From an uncultured Chloroflexia bacterium (GTDB lineage: Bacteria > Chloroflexota > Chloroflexia > QHBQ01 > JADMIH01), in assembly GCA_963797095.1 (NCBI GenBank), contig CAWCNY010000002.1, positions 672,001-736,000 of the forward strand: a stretch of DNA of 64,000 bases, given 5' to 3'. Position 1 is the first letter of the stretch. Each line of letters starts with the position of its first letter. The position numbers and the translations under genes are program-made. The notes under the pieces are model-generated. The model worked only from the letters and a program-made list of their open reading frames with translations. It did no database searches and was not told where the DNA came from. Positions 39,019-49,185 of the stretch are shown piece after piece.

Positions 39019-40723
39019 ATGCGTGAGGAAGCTTTGCTCACTGCAAACGGAACCGACAGACCAGCCGAAGGGAATGCCGAAAGACATACCGACTGGAACA
39101 GCGTCAACTGGCGCAAAGCCAACCGGCAGGTTCGCAATCTGAGACAACGTATCTTTAGGGCATCTCAGGCGGGTGACCTCAAAAAGGTCCGCTCGCTACA
39201 GAAGCTCATGCTGCGTAGTTACTCCAACACGCTCATGAGCGTGCGCCAGGTAACACAGGTAAACGCCGGTAAGCGCACAGCGGGCGTAGACAAGGTGGTT
39301 GTGAAAACACCACAGGCCAGAGGGCAGCTCGTGGACCAACTGTCCACGTACCAGCCATGGCGCGCCCAACCTGTGCGACGAGTGTACATACCGAAAACCA
39401 ACGGCAAACTACGTCCCCTTGGCATCCCGACCATCATTGACCGCTGCCTACAGGCAAAGGTCAAGAACGCGCTAGAGCCGTACTGGGAAGCTCGCTTTGA
39501 AGCTACTAGCTATGGTTTCCGGATAGGAAGGGGCTGCCATGATGCCATTGCTCAAATCTTCTGCTTGGCCTGTCCTGACAGACGGAAGAAGTGGGTGGTT
39601 GATGCAGACATCAAGGGGGCGTTCGACAACATCAGCCATGAACACTTGCTCCAAACCGTTGGTGGGTTCCCGGCCAGGGAGCTAATCAAGCAGTGGCTGA
39701 AAGCAGGCTACATGGAAGGTGGAGTATTCCACGAAACCGAAGCGGGAACTCCGCAGGGTGGCGTGGTCAGTCCGCTGTTGGCAAACATTGCTCTGCACGG
39801 CATGGAAGAAGCCCTCGGCGTGTTCCGCAAACAGGGCATAATCCGCAGCAGCCGTGCAGTAGTGAGATATGCAGATGACGAAGTCGTCTTTTGTGAGAGC
39901 CGGGAAGATGCTGAACAAGCAATCGTTACCCTAGCCGAGTGGCTGAAGAAACGGGGTCTTACCCTCTCCGAGGAGAAAACCCGCATCGTCCACATAACGG
40001 AAGGGTTTGACTTTCTGGGCTTCAACATCAGGCAGTACAAAACACCCAAGACCGCAAGGTCAGGGTACAAGCTGCTAATCAAAGCCGAGCAAGCAATCGG
40101 TACAAAAGGTGCGGGAGAAACTGCGAAACGAGTGGCGCTCCATGCGGGGTGCCAACGTGGGAGCAGTACTGAGAAGGCTCAACCCCATCATCAGAGGGTG
40201 GGCCAACTACTTCCGTGCAGTCGTTGCAAAACGCACGTTCGCAAACCTGGACAATTGGATGTTCCAACGAGCAGTCCGGTATGCCAGGTACACCCACCCG
40301 ACCAAGTCCTGGAAATGGATAAGCAAGCGGTACTGGGGCAGGCTGAACTCAGCACGCAATGACCACTGGGTGTTTGGTGACAAACCTTCAGGATCATACA
40401 TGCTGAAGTTCAGTTGGTTCCCAATCGAACGACATGTGCTGGTACGAGGCACAGCCTCACCCGATGATCCCAATCTTCGGGAATATTGGGCGAAGCGGCA
40501 GAAGACGAAAGCCAGAGAGTTGCCGCCCAAAGAACGGCAACTCGCCAAAGACCAGAACTATGTCTGCCGAAGGTGTGGGATGACGCTGTTCAACGGAGAG
40601 GAGCTACACACCCATCACCTGCAACCGCGAAGCAAGGGAGGCAAGGATGTGCGAGAGAACACGACACTCGTCCACCTCTACTGCCACCAACAGATACACG
40701 GTACTGAAGCTGAATATCCCTGA
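39019..40723 (+). pseudogene. ltrA: Group II intron reverse transcriptase/maturase/HNH endonuclease with a single frameshift
   Basis: RT0 (LRQRIFRAS), [49 protein letters not shown]. Domain X ([12 protein letters not shown]) and HNH (C..C...HHLQP...N..LVHLYCHQQIH) are in the next frame. One extra A at ~40081-40083. Confidence 0.9.
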
Positions 40724-40770
40724 TGCATTGGTACTGTAGGCTGAGAACTGAGATGCCTAGTGGTTTGCTT

Positions 40771-40845
40771 GAGCCGTGTGCCGGGTGACTGGCACGCACG
40801 GTTCTGAGGGGGGCGGGGCGCAGTGATGTGGTCCGCCTACCCGAC
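40771..40845 (+). ncRNA. Group II intron catalytic domains V-VI
   Basis: GAGCCGTGTGCCGGGTGACTGGCACGCACGGTTC followed by a domain VI hairpin with bulged A (..CCTACCCGAC). Confidence 0.92.
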
Positions 40846-41245
40846 TGATTTGCGACTTTCGTTGTCGCTGGTTCATATATGAACCATCTGTCCCATGCAC
40901 GGAGAGATAATTGTGGGCAGACAGATCAATGACCACGCGAGCGCGGAGAATTAGCCTGGCGTCCTCTAGCGGCTGAGGTGAACATACTGGCAAGTAAACG
41001 CGTCCTACAGTACACTGGTGATATTCGCTTTACCAATTGCTGCGACGACTATTATTCCGGGCATAAACTTCACCCACATACCCACATACCCACGGGCCCC
41101 GAGGGCAGCGTTCGAAACCCCGGCGACCCGCCAGGCTCGTTAGCAAGGGCAGGTGCGGCACCCTGTGATCCCTTTCCAGCCCTCAGTCCTCGGCCCGGCC
41201 GGATCCACGTGCGCAAACCAGGTACAGTCTCGGGAGACACGACGA

Positions 41246-42838
41246 ATGGGGCAGACAGGAACAAATGGTTCACAGCACGTGGAGACAGCGCTAGCCTCGG
41301 AGCGTGTGCCCAGTATTGAGAGGTCTGATCTCCCGCCTTCGGCGTCTTCGTCCTTCGGACTGCTGGTGATCCTCGCCGGGGTGTCGTTCGTTGCCCATAT
41401 GCTGGTCGCTGGCAACTACGGATACTTTCGCGACGAGTTGTACTATATCGCCGACGGTCAGCACCTGCAGGCAGGCTACGTGGATCAGCCGCTGTTGATG
41501 GGCTGGCTCGCCGCCCTTATGCGTGTGATTGCCGACGATAACCTGGTGGCGATCCATGTCATCCCGGCACTGGCCTGTGCCCTGATTATCATCATCACCG
41601 GCCTCATGGTGCGCGAACTGGGCGGTGGCCGGGTGGCGCAGTTGGTGGCTGGCGTGACAGCTCTATTCACTGTGGATTTCATGGCCACCGGGTCTCTTTT
41701 CTCCATGGACGTGCTCGATCAGCTCTGGTGGGCGCTCGCCAGTCTCATACTGATCCGCTTGCTGCGGCAGGAGCGGGAGCGGGAGCGGGAGCGGAACATG
41801 AATGCATCACGCCTGTGGCTGCTCATGGGGCTGGTCATGGGTATCGCCTTGTTGACCAAGCTGACCGTACTCTACTTCGGGGCGGCGCTGGCCCTGGCGC
41901 TACTCGTCACGCCCGAACGTCGCTATCTACGCACACCCTGGCCGTGGTTGGCGGGTGGCATTGCCTTCGTGGGTCTGCTCCCCTACCTGATCTGGAACGC
42001 CCTCAACGGGTGGCCCACATTGGAGTTCTGGCACAACTATGGAGTCAGAAGCGGCCCGCTCGATTTCTTCTCGGCTCAGATCCTCCAGATGAATCCTATC
42101 GCCCTTCCCCTGGCAGTGGCGGGCCTGGTGTTCTACTTTCGGAGTGCAGGCGCGCGGTATCGCCTGCTAGGGTGGGTGTTCGTTTTTGCTTATCTGATAC
42201 TCACCCTCCTGGGCACGAAGGCGTACTTCCTCGCCCCTGCCTATCCCATCCTGTTCGCGGCAGGAGGAATAGTGTTCGAGCGACTTCGCCTGCGGCGGTG
42301 GCTGGGCTGGATTAGGCCCGCCTACGTCGCCCTGTTGGCCATCGTCGGCGCCTTGCTTGCGCCCGCTATCATGCCTATCCTGTCACCGGCCGCTGTCGTG
42401 GCCGCCTATGGACCCTTATCGCAGCCACTCTCAGACCGGCTTGGCTGGGACAGCCTCACGCGAACAGTGGAGCAGGTTTATGACGCTTTGCCGCCTCAGC
42501 AACGTGCGCAGGCGTGTGTGCTGACCAGCAACTATGGGGAGGCCGGCGCACTCCAACAACTGGCCGCGCCCGGGCGCCTCCCACCGGTCATCAGCGGCCA
42601 CAACAACTACTTCCTCTGGGGACCTGGCGCGTGCACGGGTCAGGTGCTCATCGCGGTCGGGTATTCCCCCGCCGACTTCCAGGCCCCGCCCACCCACTAC
42701 GCTCACATCACTCTTGCCGCCACCGAACGATGCGACTACTGCATCTCCTACGAGGATAACCTTCCGATCACCGTGGTATCCGGCCCAACGGAGTCGAATC
42801 CCATTCGGCTGTGGCCGTCGGTCAAACACTATGAATGA
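41246..42838 (+). CDS. GT39/ArnT-like membrane glycosyltransferase
   Basis: YGYFRDELYY...GYVDQP, multiple TM segments, LLTK, NYGEAGA, VISGHNNYFLWGP. Contains a (GAGCGG)4 repeat at ~41771-41794. Confidence 0.88.
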   Translation: MGQTGTNGSQHVETALASERVPSIERSDLPPSASSSFGLLVILAGVSFVAHMLVAGNYGYFRDELYYIADGQHLQAGYVDQPLLMGWLAALMRVIADDNLVAIHVIPALACALIIIITGLMVRELGGGRVAQLVAGVTALFTVDFMATGSLFSMDVLDQLWWALASLILIRLLRQERERERERNMNASRLWLLMGLVMGIALLTKLTVLYFGAALALALLVTPERRYLRTPWPWLAGGIAFVGLLPYLIWNALNGWPTLEFWHNYGVRSGPLDFFSAQILQMNPIALPLAVAGLVFYFRSAGARYRLLGWVFVFAYLILTLLGTKAYFLAPAYPILFAAGGIVFERLRLRRWLGWIRPAYVALLAIVGALLAPAIMPILSPAAVVAAYGPLSQPLSDRLGWDSLTRTVEQVYDALPPQQRAQACVLTSNYGEAGALQQLAAPGRLPPVISGHNNYFLWGPGACTGQVLIAVGYSPADFQAPPTHYAHITLAATERCDYCISYEDNLPITVVSGPTESNPIRLWPSVKHYE

Positions 42839-42954
42839 GCAATGCGAGGGCGCCAGGCGCCGTCCCCGCAAGTCACTCCCCCAAGACGGGTACCACGCCG
42901 ACACGAGCTGGGAGAGGAAGGGGAAGAGGAAGGGAAAGAGGAAGAGAAGACCTC

Positions 42955-43312
42955 GTTGAAGGTGCTTCTCAAGTCAATAGCTACAAGGTGGCCAAAGCCA
43001 GGAACTGCGCAAGCCCTTGAGCCGCTATGGCTGAGCCGCAAGGGTGGAGCACTCACAAGCTCAGCGATAGGTCAGATGATGGGCGAGCTTGTGAAGGCGG
43101 CGGGCAAGTTGGTGCCACAAGAAACCAGTGCCCACTCCCTGCGCCACACTTTTGCGCGAAGCTACCTATCTACATACCCAGGAGATGTGGTCGGACTGGC
43201 AACGCTACTGGGGCACAGCTCCCTCGATACGACCCGCCTCTACAGCCAGCCTGCCGTATCCCAGTTGGCAGCTCGTGTAGAAAGACTCTCCCTCAACGCC
43301 TATTCCGGGTAA
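42955..43312 (+). pseudogene. Tyrosine recombinase C-terminal fragment
   Basis: AHSLRHTFA, LLGHSSLDTTRLY (H-x-x-R, H, Y). N-terminal domains and the first catalytic R are absent. Confidence 0.8.
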
Positions 43313-43350
43313 TCCCGGTAAGCCGGACAGTTGGTTCACAGTTGAATTGG

Positions 43351-43400
43351 GTGAATGTCCGGAACGGACCACTGGCTCCGACGTCTCCAGTGAGACGCAC
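43351..43400 (+). promoter_or_regulatory. Putative ECF42 promoter, copy 1
   Basis: TGTCCGGA...CGACGTC. 44/50 identical to 45296-45345. Resembles the TGTCGA/CG(A/T)C ECF42 motif. Confidence 0.65.
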
Positions 43401-43462
43401 CACACACGTGCCCGCGGACCCGCAGAGAGGATGAGATGAAACGAGAGACAAGGAGAGACCAC

Positions 43463-43891
43463 ATGAAGTACATGATCTTGACCTACGCCTCGCAGGAGGA
43501 CTATGACACCCTGGCGGGGGCAGCCACTGGCACAGCCACTGACAAGTCGGCCTGGTCCGCGGAGGACGTTGCGGCGATGGGCGCATTCATGGAGGCGTTC
43601 AACAAGGATCTGATCGCGTCCGGCGAGCTCGTGGACACGCGCGGTCTGAGCGCCCCGGTCCACGCCAGGCGCGTCCGGCTGCAAGAGGGTGTGCCGGTCG
43701 TGACAGATGGGCCGTACGCCGAGACCTACGAGGTCCTCGCCGGCTACTGGATTGTGGAGTGCGACAGCTTCGATCGGGCGACCGAGATCGCCGCCCGGCT
43801 GGCTAACTGCCCCGCTCCCGTTGGCGCTGCACAGACTGCCGTGGCGGACGTCCGGCCGATAGCCGAGTCCCTGGCCGAGCTGGAACTCTGA
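43463..43891 (+). CDS. YCII-related DGPF protein
   Basis: MKYMIL...VVTDGPYAETYEVLAGYWIVEC...VRPI. Confidence 0.92.
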   Translation: MKYMILTYASQEDYDTLAGAATGTATDKSAWSAEDVAAMGAFMEAFNKDLIASGELVDTRGLSAPVHARRVRLQEGVPVVTDGPYAETYEVLAGYWIVECDSFDRATEIAARLANCPAPVGAAQTAVADVRPIAESLAELEL

Positions 43892-43893
43892 CC

Positions 43894-45144
43894 ATGCCCG
43901 CGAGCGAGATTGAGGACCTGCTGCGCAGACTGGCGCCCCAGGTCCTCGGCGCGGTGGTCCGGCGGTACGGGCATTTCGATACCGCCGAAGACGCTGTGCA
44001 AGAGGCTCTGATCTCGGCGGCCCTGCAGTGGCCGCAGGACGGCATCCCGGAGAAACCGCGTGCCTGGCTGATCATGGTGTCCTCACGCCGGTTGACCGAC
44101 CTCCTGCGTAGCGAGCAAGCGCGTCAACGCCGTGAGGACACCGTCGTCCAGTGGACACCGTCTGACCACTGGCTCGCGCCCGCCGCCGACCTGACGGCAG
44201 CGGAGTCTGCGGAGGCTGATGACACCCTCATACTGCTGTTCATGTGTTGCCACCCCTCGCTGTCGGTGGCCTCGCAGATCGCACTTACCTTGCGGGCGGT
44301 CGGCGGTCTCAGCACCGCCGAGATCGCTCGTGCATTTCTCGTGCCCGAAGAGACTATGACCCGGCGCATCAGCCGGGCGAAGCAGAGTATCAAGGAGAGC
44401 GGCCTGCCCTTCCGCCTGCCCACAGGCGCAGAGCGTTCGCAACGGCTAGGCGCGGTTCTCCACGTGCTCTACTTGATCTTCACCGAGGGCTATGTCAGCA
44501 CGGCGGGGCCGAGCCTGCACCGCAGTGAACTGGCCGCCGAGGCGATCCGGCTGGCGCGCATGGTCCACCACCTGTTGCCAGAGGACAGTGAGGTGACGGG
44601 GCTGCTCGCGCTCATGCTGCTCACCGATGCTCGCCGTCCCGCGCGTGTCGGGCCGGGTGGCCAACTGATCCCACTGGCTGAACAAGATCGAAGCCTGTGG
44701 AACGCCGCTCACATCGCCGAGGGCGTGGCCCTCGTCACCGATGCCCTTCCCAGGGGAGCAACCGGCCCGTACCAGCTGCAGGCGGCGATCGCGGCGATCC
44801 ACGACGAAGCGCCCAGCGCCGAGGCGACCGACTGGCCACAGATCATGCTGCTGTATGAACTGCTGATGCGCCTCTCCGACAACCCCGTGGTGGCGTTGAA
44901 CCACGCTGTCGCGGTCGCCATGGCCCGCGGCCCGCAGGCAGGGCTCGTCCTCCTCGACGAACTCCGGGCCGACAAACGAATCGCCGAAGACCACAGGCTC
45001 TGTGCGGTCCGCGCGCACCTGCTGGAGATGGTGGGGGAGCGCGCAGCGGCGCTTGACGCCTACCACGAAGCAGCCCGCCGCGCTACCAACCTCGCAGAGC
45101 AGCGCTACCTCCACGCCCGAGCCGCCCGCCTCACCGACGACTGA
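43894..45144 (+). CDS. ECF42-type sigma factor with C-terminal TPR-like extension
   Basis: AEDAVQEAL, DDTLILLFMCCHPSL, YLIFTEGY, GPYQLQAAIAAIH, VVALNHAVA. Adjacent to the DGPF gene. Confidence 0.92.
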   Translation: MPASEIEDLLRRLAPQVLGAVVRRYGHFDTAEDAVQEALISAALQWPQDGIPEKPRAWLIMVSSRRLTDLLRSEQARQRREDTVVQWTPSDHWLAPAADLTAAESAEADDTLILLFMCCHPSLSVASQIALTLRAVGGLSTAEIARAFLVPEETMTRRISRAKQSIKESGLPFRLPTGAERSQRLGAVLHVLYLIFTEGYVSTAGPSLHRSELAAEAIRLARMVHHLLPEDSEVTGLLALMLLTDARRPARVGPGGQLIPLAEQDRSLWNAAHIAEGVALVTDALPRGATGPYQLQAAIAAIHDEAPSAEATDWPQIMLLYELLMRLSDNPVVALNHAVAVAMARGPQAGLVLLDELRADKRIAEDHRLCAVRAHLLEMVGERAAALDAYHEAARRATNLAEQRYLHARAARLTDD

Positions 45145-45295
45145 CGACCCCTGAATCCTGCCTTGCACCGCCCTCGCCCTCAGTGTCAGGAGCGCGACCA
45201 CAACCGGGACGGCCACGACGACGAGGCTAAACATTCAAACATTCACGAAAACTCACAAGAAGACTCACAAGAAAACTCACGAAAATTCAGAGTGA

Positions 45296-45345
45296 GTGTA
45301 TGTCCGGAAAGGGCCGCTGGCTCCGACGTCTCTAGTGAGAGGCAC
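45296..45345 (+). promoter_or_regulatory. Putative ECF42 promoter, copy 2
   Basis: Near-copy of 43351-43400, upstream of the DUF1801 gene. Confidence 0.65.
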
Positions 45346-45388
45346 AACCGAGGTGCCCCACAGAACAGGGAGTGAAAGGAGACGGACA

Positions 45389-45760
45389 ATGACGCAGACA
45401 ATGACAAACCCATGCACAACCATCGACGAGTACATCAACTCATGCCCCGCAGATGTCCAGCCCATACTGGAGCAAGTGCGCCAGGCGATCCGCAAGGCCG
45501 TGCCCGCTGCCGGCGAGACCATCAGCTATGGGATGCCAACCATCACCTTCAAGGGCCGAGACCTGATGTCCTTCGCAGCATGGAAGCACCATATCGGTCT
45601 CTACCCGCTACCGGCCCTGGAAGGGGCATTCGCGCAGGAATTCGCGCCCTACAGGGCGGCTAAGAGTGCGGTGCATTTCCCGCTGAGCCAGCCCCTGCCG
45701 GAGGACATAATTGCACGATTGGCAGCCCTCCACGTCACGCAGCGAATGGATAGCAGGTGA
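45389..45760 (+). CDS. DUF1801 (YdhG-like) protein
   Basis: TTIDEYI...ETISYGMPT...FAAWKHHIGLYP...FPLSQPLP. AAGGAG RBS. Confidence 0.88.
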   Translation: MTQTMTNPCTTIDEYINSCPADVQPILEQVRQAIRKAVPAAGETISYGMPTITFKGRDLMSFAAWKHHIGLYPLPALEGAFAQEFAPYRAAKSAVHFPLSQPLPEDIIARLAALHVTQRMDSR

Positions 45761-46031
45761 TGATCCTGCTCGCCGCGGGAAGGGATGAACGGACCATGGT
45801 AGACCGATGCGCCTTGTGGGCCGTAGCGCGCACGAGTGAAGCGGAAAAGGACGTAGAGAAGGGAAGAAGGGAAGAAGGGAAGAATGGAGGAAAGATATGA
45901 ACGGAGTTATTTCAAACAACGGTGCAGTGAGGGTCTCGCTGCCCAAGCATTAGTTCAGAGAATTAGGGATTCTCGTTACATATCTTCGTGCTGGCCTTAC
46001 CCTCTCACCATTCACCATACATGACGATCCA

Positions 46032-46802
46032 TCACCCTCGTTGCCCATCCCGAATTAGCATGGACACGCCGTCCAAAATGCGCTCCAGCCCAAACGTCAG
46101 GGCGAAATTGGGATTGGACGCGCCTTCATACTGCTGGCTCGAGGCTGTGCCGACGCGTTCGGCAACTGGAAAGAGGCTACCGTCAATTAGTCTTGCCAGA
46201 ACAGGCTCCTGTAGGACCCACCATTCGGCGTCGGTCATGCCGCTTTCGCGTTGGGTACGATCTCGGATTACGTGGGCGCGGGCGCAGCCTTCAACGTGGG
46301 CAAGGACAAGCGTGAGGGTAGAGTCCATCTCGACATCGCTCAGGCCCAGCCCGTCGAGGGGACGTAGCTCGGCCTCGTACTTAAGGGTGGTATGTGGGCC
46401 GAGGATGGGCCACCCTACCGTGATTTGCAAAATCCAGGGGTGCTTCAGGTAAAGATCCCAGTTGCGGCGCGCTATGAAGCGTAACGCCTCGCGCCAATCG
46501 CCGGGTTGCTGCGAAGGCTCCTCGACGCTCGTGTACAACTCGCCATATGCCGCGTCGAGCATAAGGTCAATCAAGTCGGCCTTGCTTGGGATGTGCGTGT
46601 ATAAGGACATTGTGCCTACCCCTAGCCTCTCAGCAACATTCCGCATCGAAAGGGCCTCGATCCCTTCCTCGTCGGTGAGACGGGTGGCGCTCTCGACAAT
46701 TGCCCGAGTTGTGAGGCCTGAGCGCCCGGGGTTGGTATGCGAGCCCCAAAGTAAGGACAGCCTGCTGGCGGGATTGGATAACGAGGCGTTCTTCTTGTTC
46801 AT
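46032..46802 (-). CDS. TetR-family regulator (TetR_C type)
   Basis: LTTRAIVESA...ALSMRNVAERLGVGTMSLYTHIPSKADL; FGLERILDG. Confidence 0.93.
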   Translation of the reverse strand: MNKKNASLSNPASRLSLLWGSHTNPGRSGLTTRAIVESATRLTDEEGIEALSMRNVAERLGVGTMSLYTHIPSKADLIDLMLDAAYGELYTSVEEPSQQPGDWREALRFIARRNWDLYLKHPWILQITVGWPILGPHTTLKYEAELRPLDGLGLSDVEMDSTLTLVLAHVEGCARAHVIRDRTQRESGMTDAEWWVLQEPVLARLIDGSLFPVAERVGTASSQQYEGASNPNFALTFGLERILDGVSMLIRDGQRG

Positions 46803-46821
46803 TCGGTGCTCCCTTGCTCCC

Positions 46822-46876
46822 TTGACATCCTTTACCGTACAGTGTACACTATCTTGCTAGCGTACGCTGTACGGTA
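46822..46876 (+). promoter_or_regulatory. Promoter with overlapping TetR-type operators
   Basis: TTGACA-17 nt-TACACT. Inverted pair ACCGTACAGTGTAC / GTACGCTGTACGGT between divergent tetR and ABC genes. Confidence 0.7.
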
Positions 46877-46904
46877 CATGCTACGGAAAGGGAGAGGCAG
46901 AGGT

Positions 46905-47897
46905 ATGAACACTCGTAAACCCGACTATGCCATCGCAGCGCAAGCAATCCGCAAGCGTTACGCCGGGACTAAGGGCGTGGTGGCTCTCGATGGGTTTGAT
47001 CTCCAGGTGCGGTCCGGTACGGTGTGCGGGCTGCTGGGGCCGAACGGTGCCGGGAAGACAACCGTCATCAAGATACTGGCCACGCTCTTGCAGGCGGACG
47101 CCGGGAAAGCGTGGGTGGCCGGGTACGATGTCAGAACGGAGGGGAGGCAGGTCCGGCAGAATATCGGCCTTGTGGGTCAATACGCAGCGGTCGACGAGAT
47201 ATTGACCGGGCGGCAGAACCTGGCCATGTTCGGGCAGCTCAACCATCTCTCTCACAGGGAGGCGCACAAGCGCGCCGATGCTTTGCTCGAGCAGTTCGCT
47301 TTGCTCGACGCGAAAGATCGCGCAGTGAGCAAATATTCGGGCGGGATGCGTCGCCGCCTCGACCTGGCGGCAAGCTTGATTGTTTCGCCACCGGTCCTTT
47401 TTGTCGACGAGCCGACGACGGGGCTTGACCCGGTGGGGCGGCGCGAGGTATGGGCTTCGATCCGATCACTGGTCGCGGGTGGCGCGACGGTGCTGCTCAC
47501 AACGCAGTATCTGGAAGAAGCAGACCAGTTGGCCGACCGGATAGCTATGCTCAAAGATGGAAGGGTCATCGCCGAAGGGACACCGGATGCGCTGAAATCG
47601 GCGCTGGGCGGCGACTGGCTTGACATTGCCCTGGCCCCTGACAGCGACCTGGACGCCGTGACGCGTATCGTGCTGGGGGTTGCGTCGGGCGGGGCAGCAG
47701 TGGACAGGGATAGCATGCGAGTCAGCGTGCCCGTCAATGACACGACGCGCGCCTTGATCGCTGTCGCCACTGCCCTCTCCGAGGCGCGGATCGAGCCGAA
47801 GGACATCTCATTACGCAGGCCGACCCTCGACGAGGTCTTTATCCATCTCGCGGGCACTTCTGCATCCCATGCGACCGATAAGGAGGTACTAGCATGA
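46905..47897 (+). CDS. DrrA-type ABC-2 exporter ATPase
   Basis: GPNGAGKTT, YSGGMRRRLDLA, VDEPTTGLDP, LLTTQYLEEADQLAD, PTLDEVF. Confidence 0.93.
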   Translation: MNTRKPDYAIAAQAIRKRYAGTKGVVALDGFDLQVRSGTVCGLLGPNGAGKTTVIKILATLLQADAGKAWVAGYDVRTEGRQVRQNIGLVGQYAAVDEILTGRQNLAMFGQLNHLSHREAHKRADALLEQFALLDAKDRAVSKYSGGMRRRLDLAASLIVSPPVLFVDEPTTGLDPVGRREVWASIRSLVAGGATVLLTTQYLEEADQLADRIAMLKDGRVIAEGTPDALKSALGGDWLDIALAPDSDLDAVTRIVLGVASGGAAVDRDSMRVSVPVNDTTRALIAVATALSEARIEPKDISLRRPTLDEVFIHLAGTSASHATDKEVLA

Positions 47898-48733
47898 GTA
47901 CGGCGCTCGCTGCAACGCGCACAACTCACACAGACACTCCACTGACGAGGCTAAGGTGGGTGCTCTCGGACGCGTGGGTAGTAGCCAGGAGGGACATCCT
48001 GCATTGGCGGCGGCAGCCGGGAAGCGTGATAGTCGGCTGGGCCTTCCCTGTCATGATCGTGCTGATGTTTGGGTTTCTGTTTGGCGGAGCGATACGCGTG
48101 CCCGACAATGGGGCGTATTTCGATTTCCTGATGCCTGGAATGTTCGCGCTGGCGATGCTCTTTGGCTTTGAGGCGACGATGCTTGCCGTCACGACCGACG
48201 CCGCTAAAGGCGTGACTGACCGCTTCCGCTCAATGCCGATGAGCCAGTCGGCGGTGGTCATGGGGCGGTGCATAGCAGATATGCTCAATTCAGTTGTAGG
48301 GCTGGCGGTGCTGGTCGTGACGGGTCTCATCCTGGGGTGGCGGTGGCACGGCCGGTGGGGAGATGCGCTGACGGCGTTCGGGCTGCTGTTGCTCCTGCGT
48401 TTCGCGCTACTGTGGGTGGGCATATACCTGGGGCTGACCGCGAAGGGGCCGGAAGCGTCAACGTCAGTGCAAATCCTTATCTGGCCCTTCGGCTTCCTCT
48501 CAAACGTCTTTGTAGACCCGGCGACAATGCCCGCCTGGCTGGGAGCAATCGCCCGGTGGAACCCTCTATCGGTAACGGCCTCGGCGACACGAGAGTTGTT
48601 CGCCAACCCAGGCTGGGGCCAAGACTCGTGGATCGCCGAAAACGCGGTGGGGATGGCGATTGTGATACCTCTACTTATCATCGTCATATTCCTGCCTCTT
48701 TCAGCGAACAAATATCGCACGCTCAGTCGATAG
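47894..48733 (+). CDS. DrrB-type ABC-2 permease
   Basis: Six TM segments, GVTDRFRSMPM, MPAWL...WNPLS. Confidence 0.92.
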   Translation: MSTALAATRTTHTDTPLTRLRWVLSDAWVVARRDILHWRRQPGSVIVGWAFPVMIVLMFGFLFGGAIRVPDNGAYFDFLMPGMFALAMLFGFEATMLAVTTDAAKGVTDRFRSMPMSQSAVVMGRCIADMLNSVVGLAVLVVTGLILGWRWHGRWGDALTAFGLLLLLRFALLWVGIYLGLTAKGPEASTSVQILIWPFGFLSNVFVDPATMPAWLGAIARWNPLSVTASATRELFANPGWGQDSWIAENAVGMAIVIPLLIIVIFLPLSANKYRTLSR

Positions 48734-49185
48734 CCGGTGGCTGGAGTGATACGTGAGACTCAGGCATGAGTTATCCCGAATATTGCGCCGATGCTTGGCA
48801 AACAAGCCCATTCATTTTCGGGGGCGGCCTTGATCCGACCATCACGCTGCCCGCTGCTCCTCTACCGCCTGACACTCCACCCTCATGCTTATGCCTGGAT
48901 ACCATCGCTCTGCAAATCAACAGCTTGCGGACCGTGACCAAAGAGGTGGTGGAGACCGCACGGGAGAGTCTGGTGCTTGGGCAAGCGTAAAAGGGAGGGA
49001 GGACGGTCTCAAAATCGTTCGTTTGGTGCGATTCTTGTTCTCGTTTGAGAACGCTCTAGGAGGATTGATCTGATGAGGGGCCAGCATGCTGGCCCTTGCT
49101 TTTGTGCTAATCTGCTGATCGGCTGCCACATGCCGCGTGCCCATCAGCGCAAAGAACGGAAGAAGGCTTGCAGATCCGCCGCGTA

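Larger units (their letters stand above)
38353..40845 (+). mobile_element. Group II intron (IIB/chloroplast-like type), both boundaries present
   Basis: 5' GTGCG at 38353. EBS1 GGGACA (38630-38635) in a stem-loop is complementary to the upstream exon TGTCCC (38347-38352). Domain V, domain VI and terminal AC at 40845. Internal RT ORF. Confidence 0.92.

Noticed and set aside
39019-40723. Reverse transcriptase as a retron, DGR or CRISPR-associated RT
   Set aside because: It has RT0, domain X and HNH, and lies inside clear group II intron boundaries with domain V/VI. No template/variable repeat pair or cas genes were seen.
42842-43312. Functional integrase marking the island boundary
   Set aside because: Only the C-terminal catalytic fragment remains. 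The ORF's N-terminus is low-complexity purine-rich sequence.
45228-45292. Short imperfect repeats (AACTCACAAGAA-like) as a CRISPR array
   Set aside because: Units are 10-12 bp, contiguous and lack spacers. This is a simple low-complexity repeat.
48766-48990. 74-aa ORF downstream of the ABC-2 permease
   Set aside because: No recognisable motif or strong RBS. Possibly a gene remnant.
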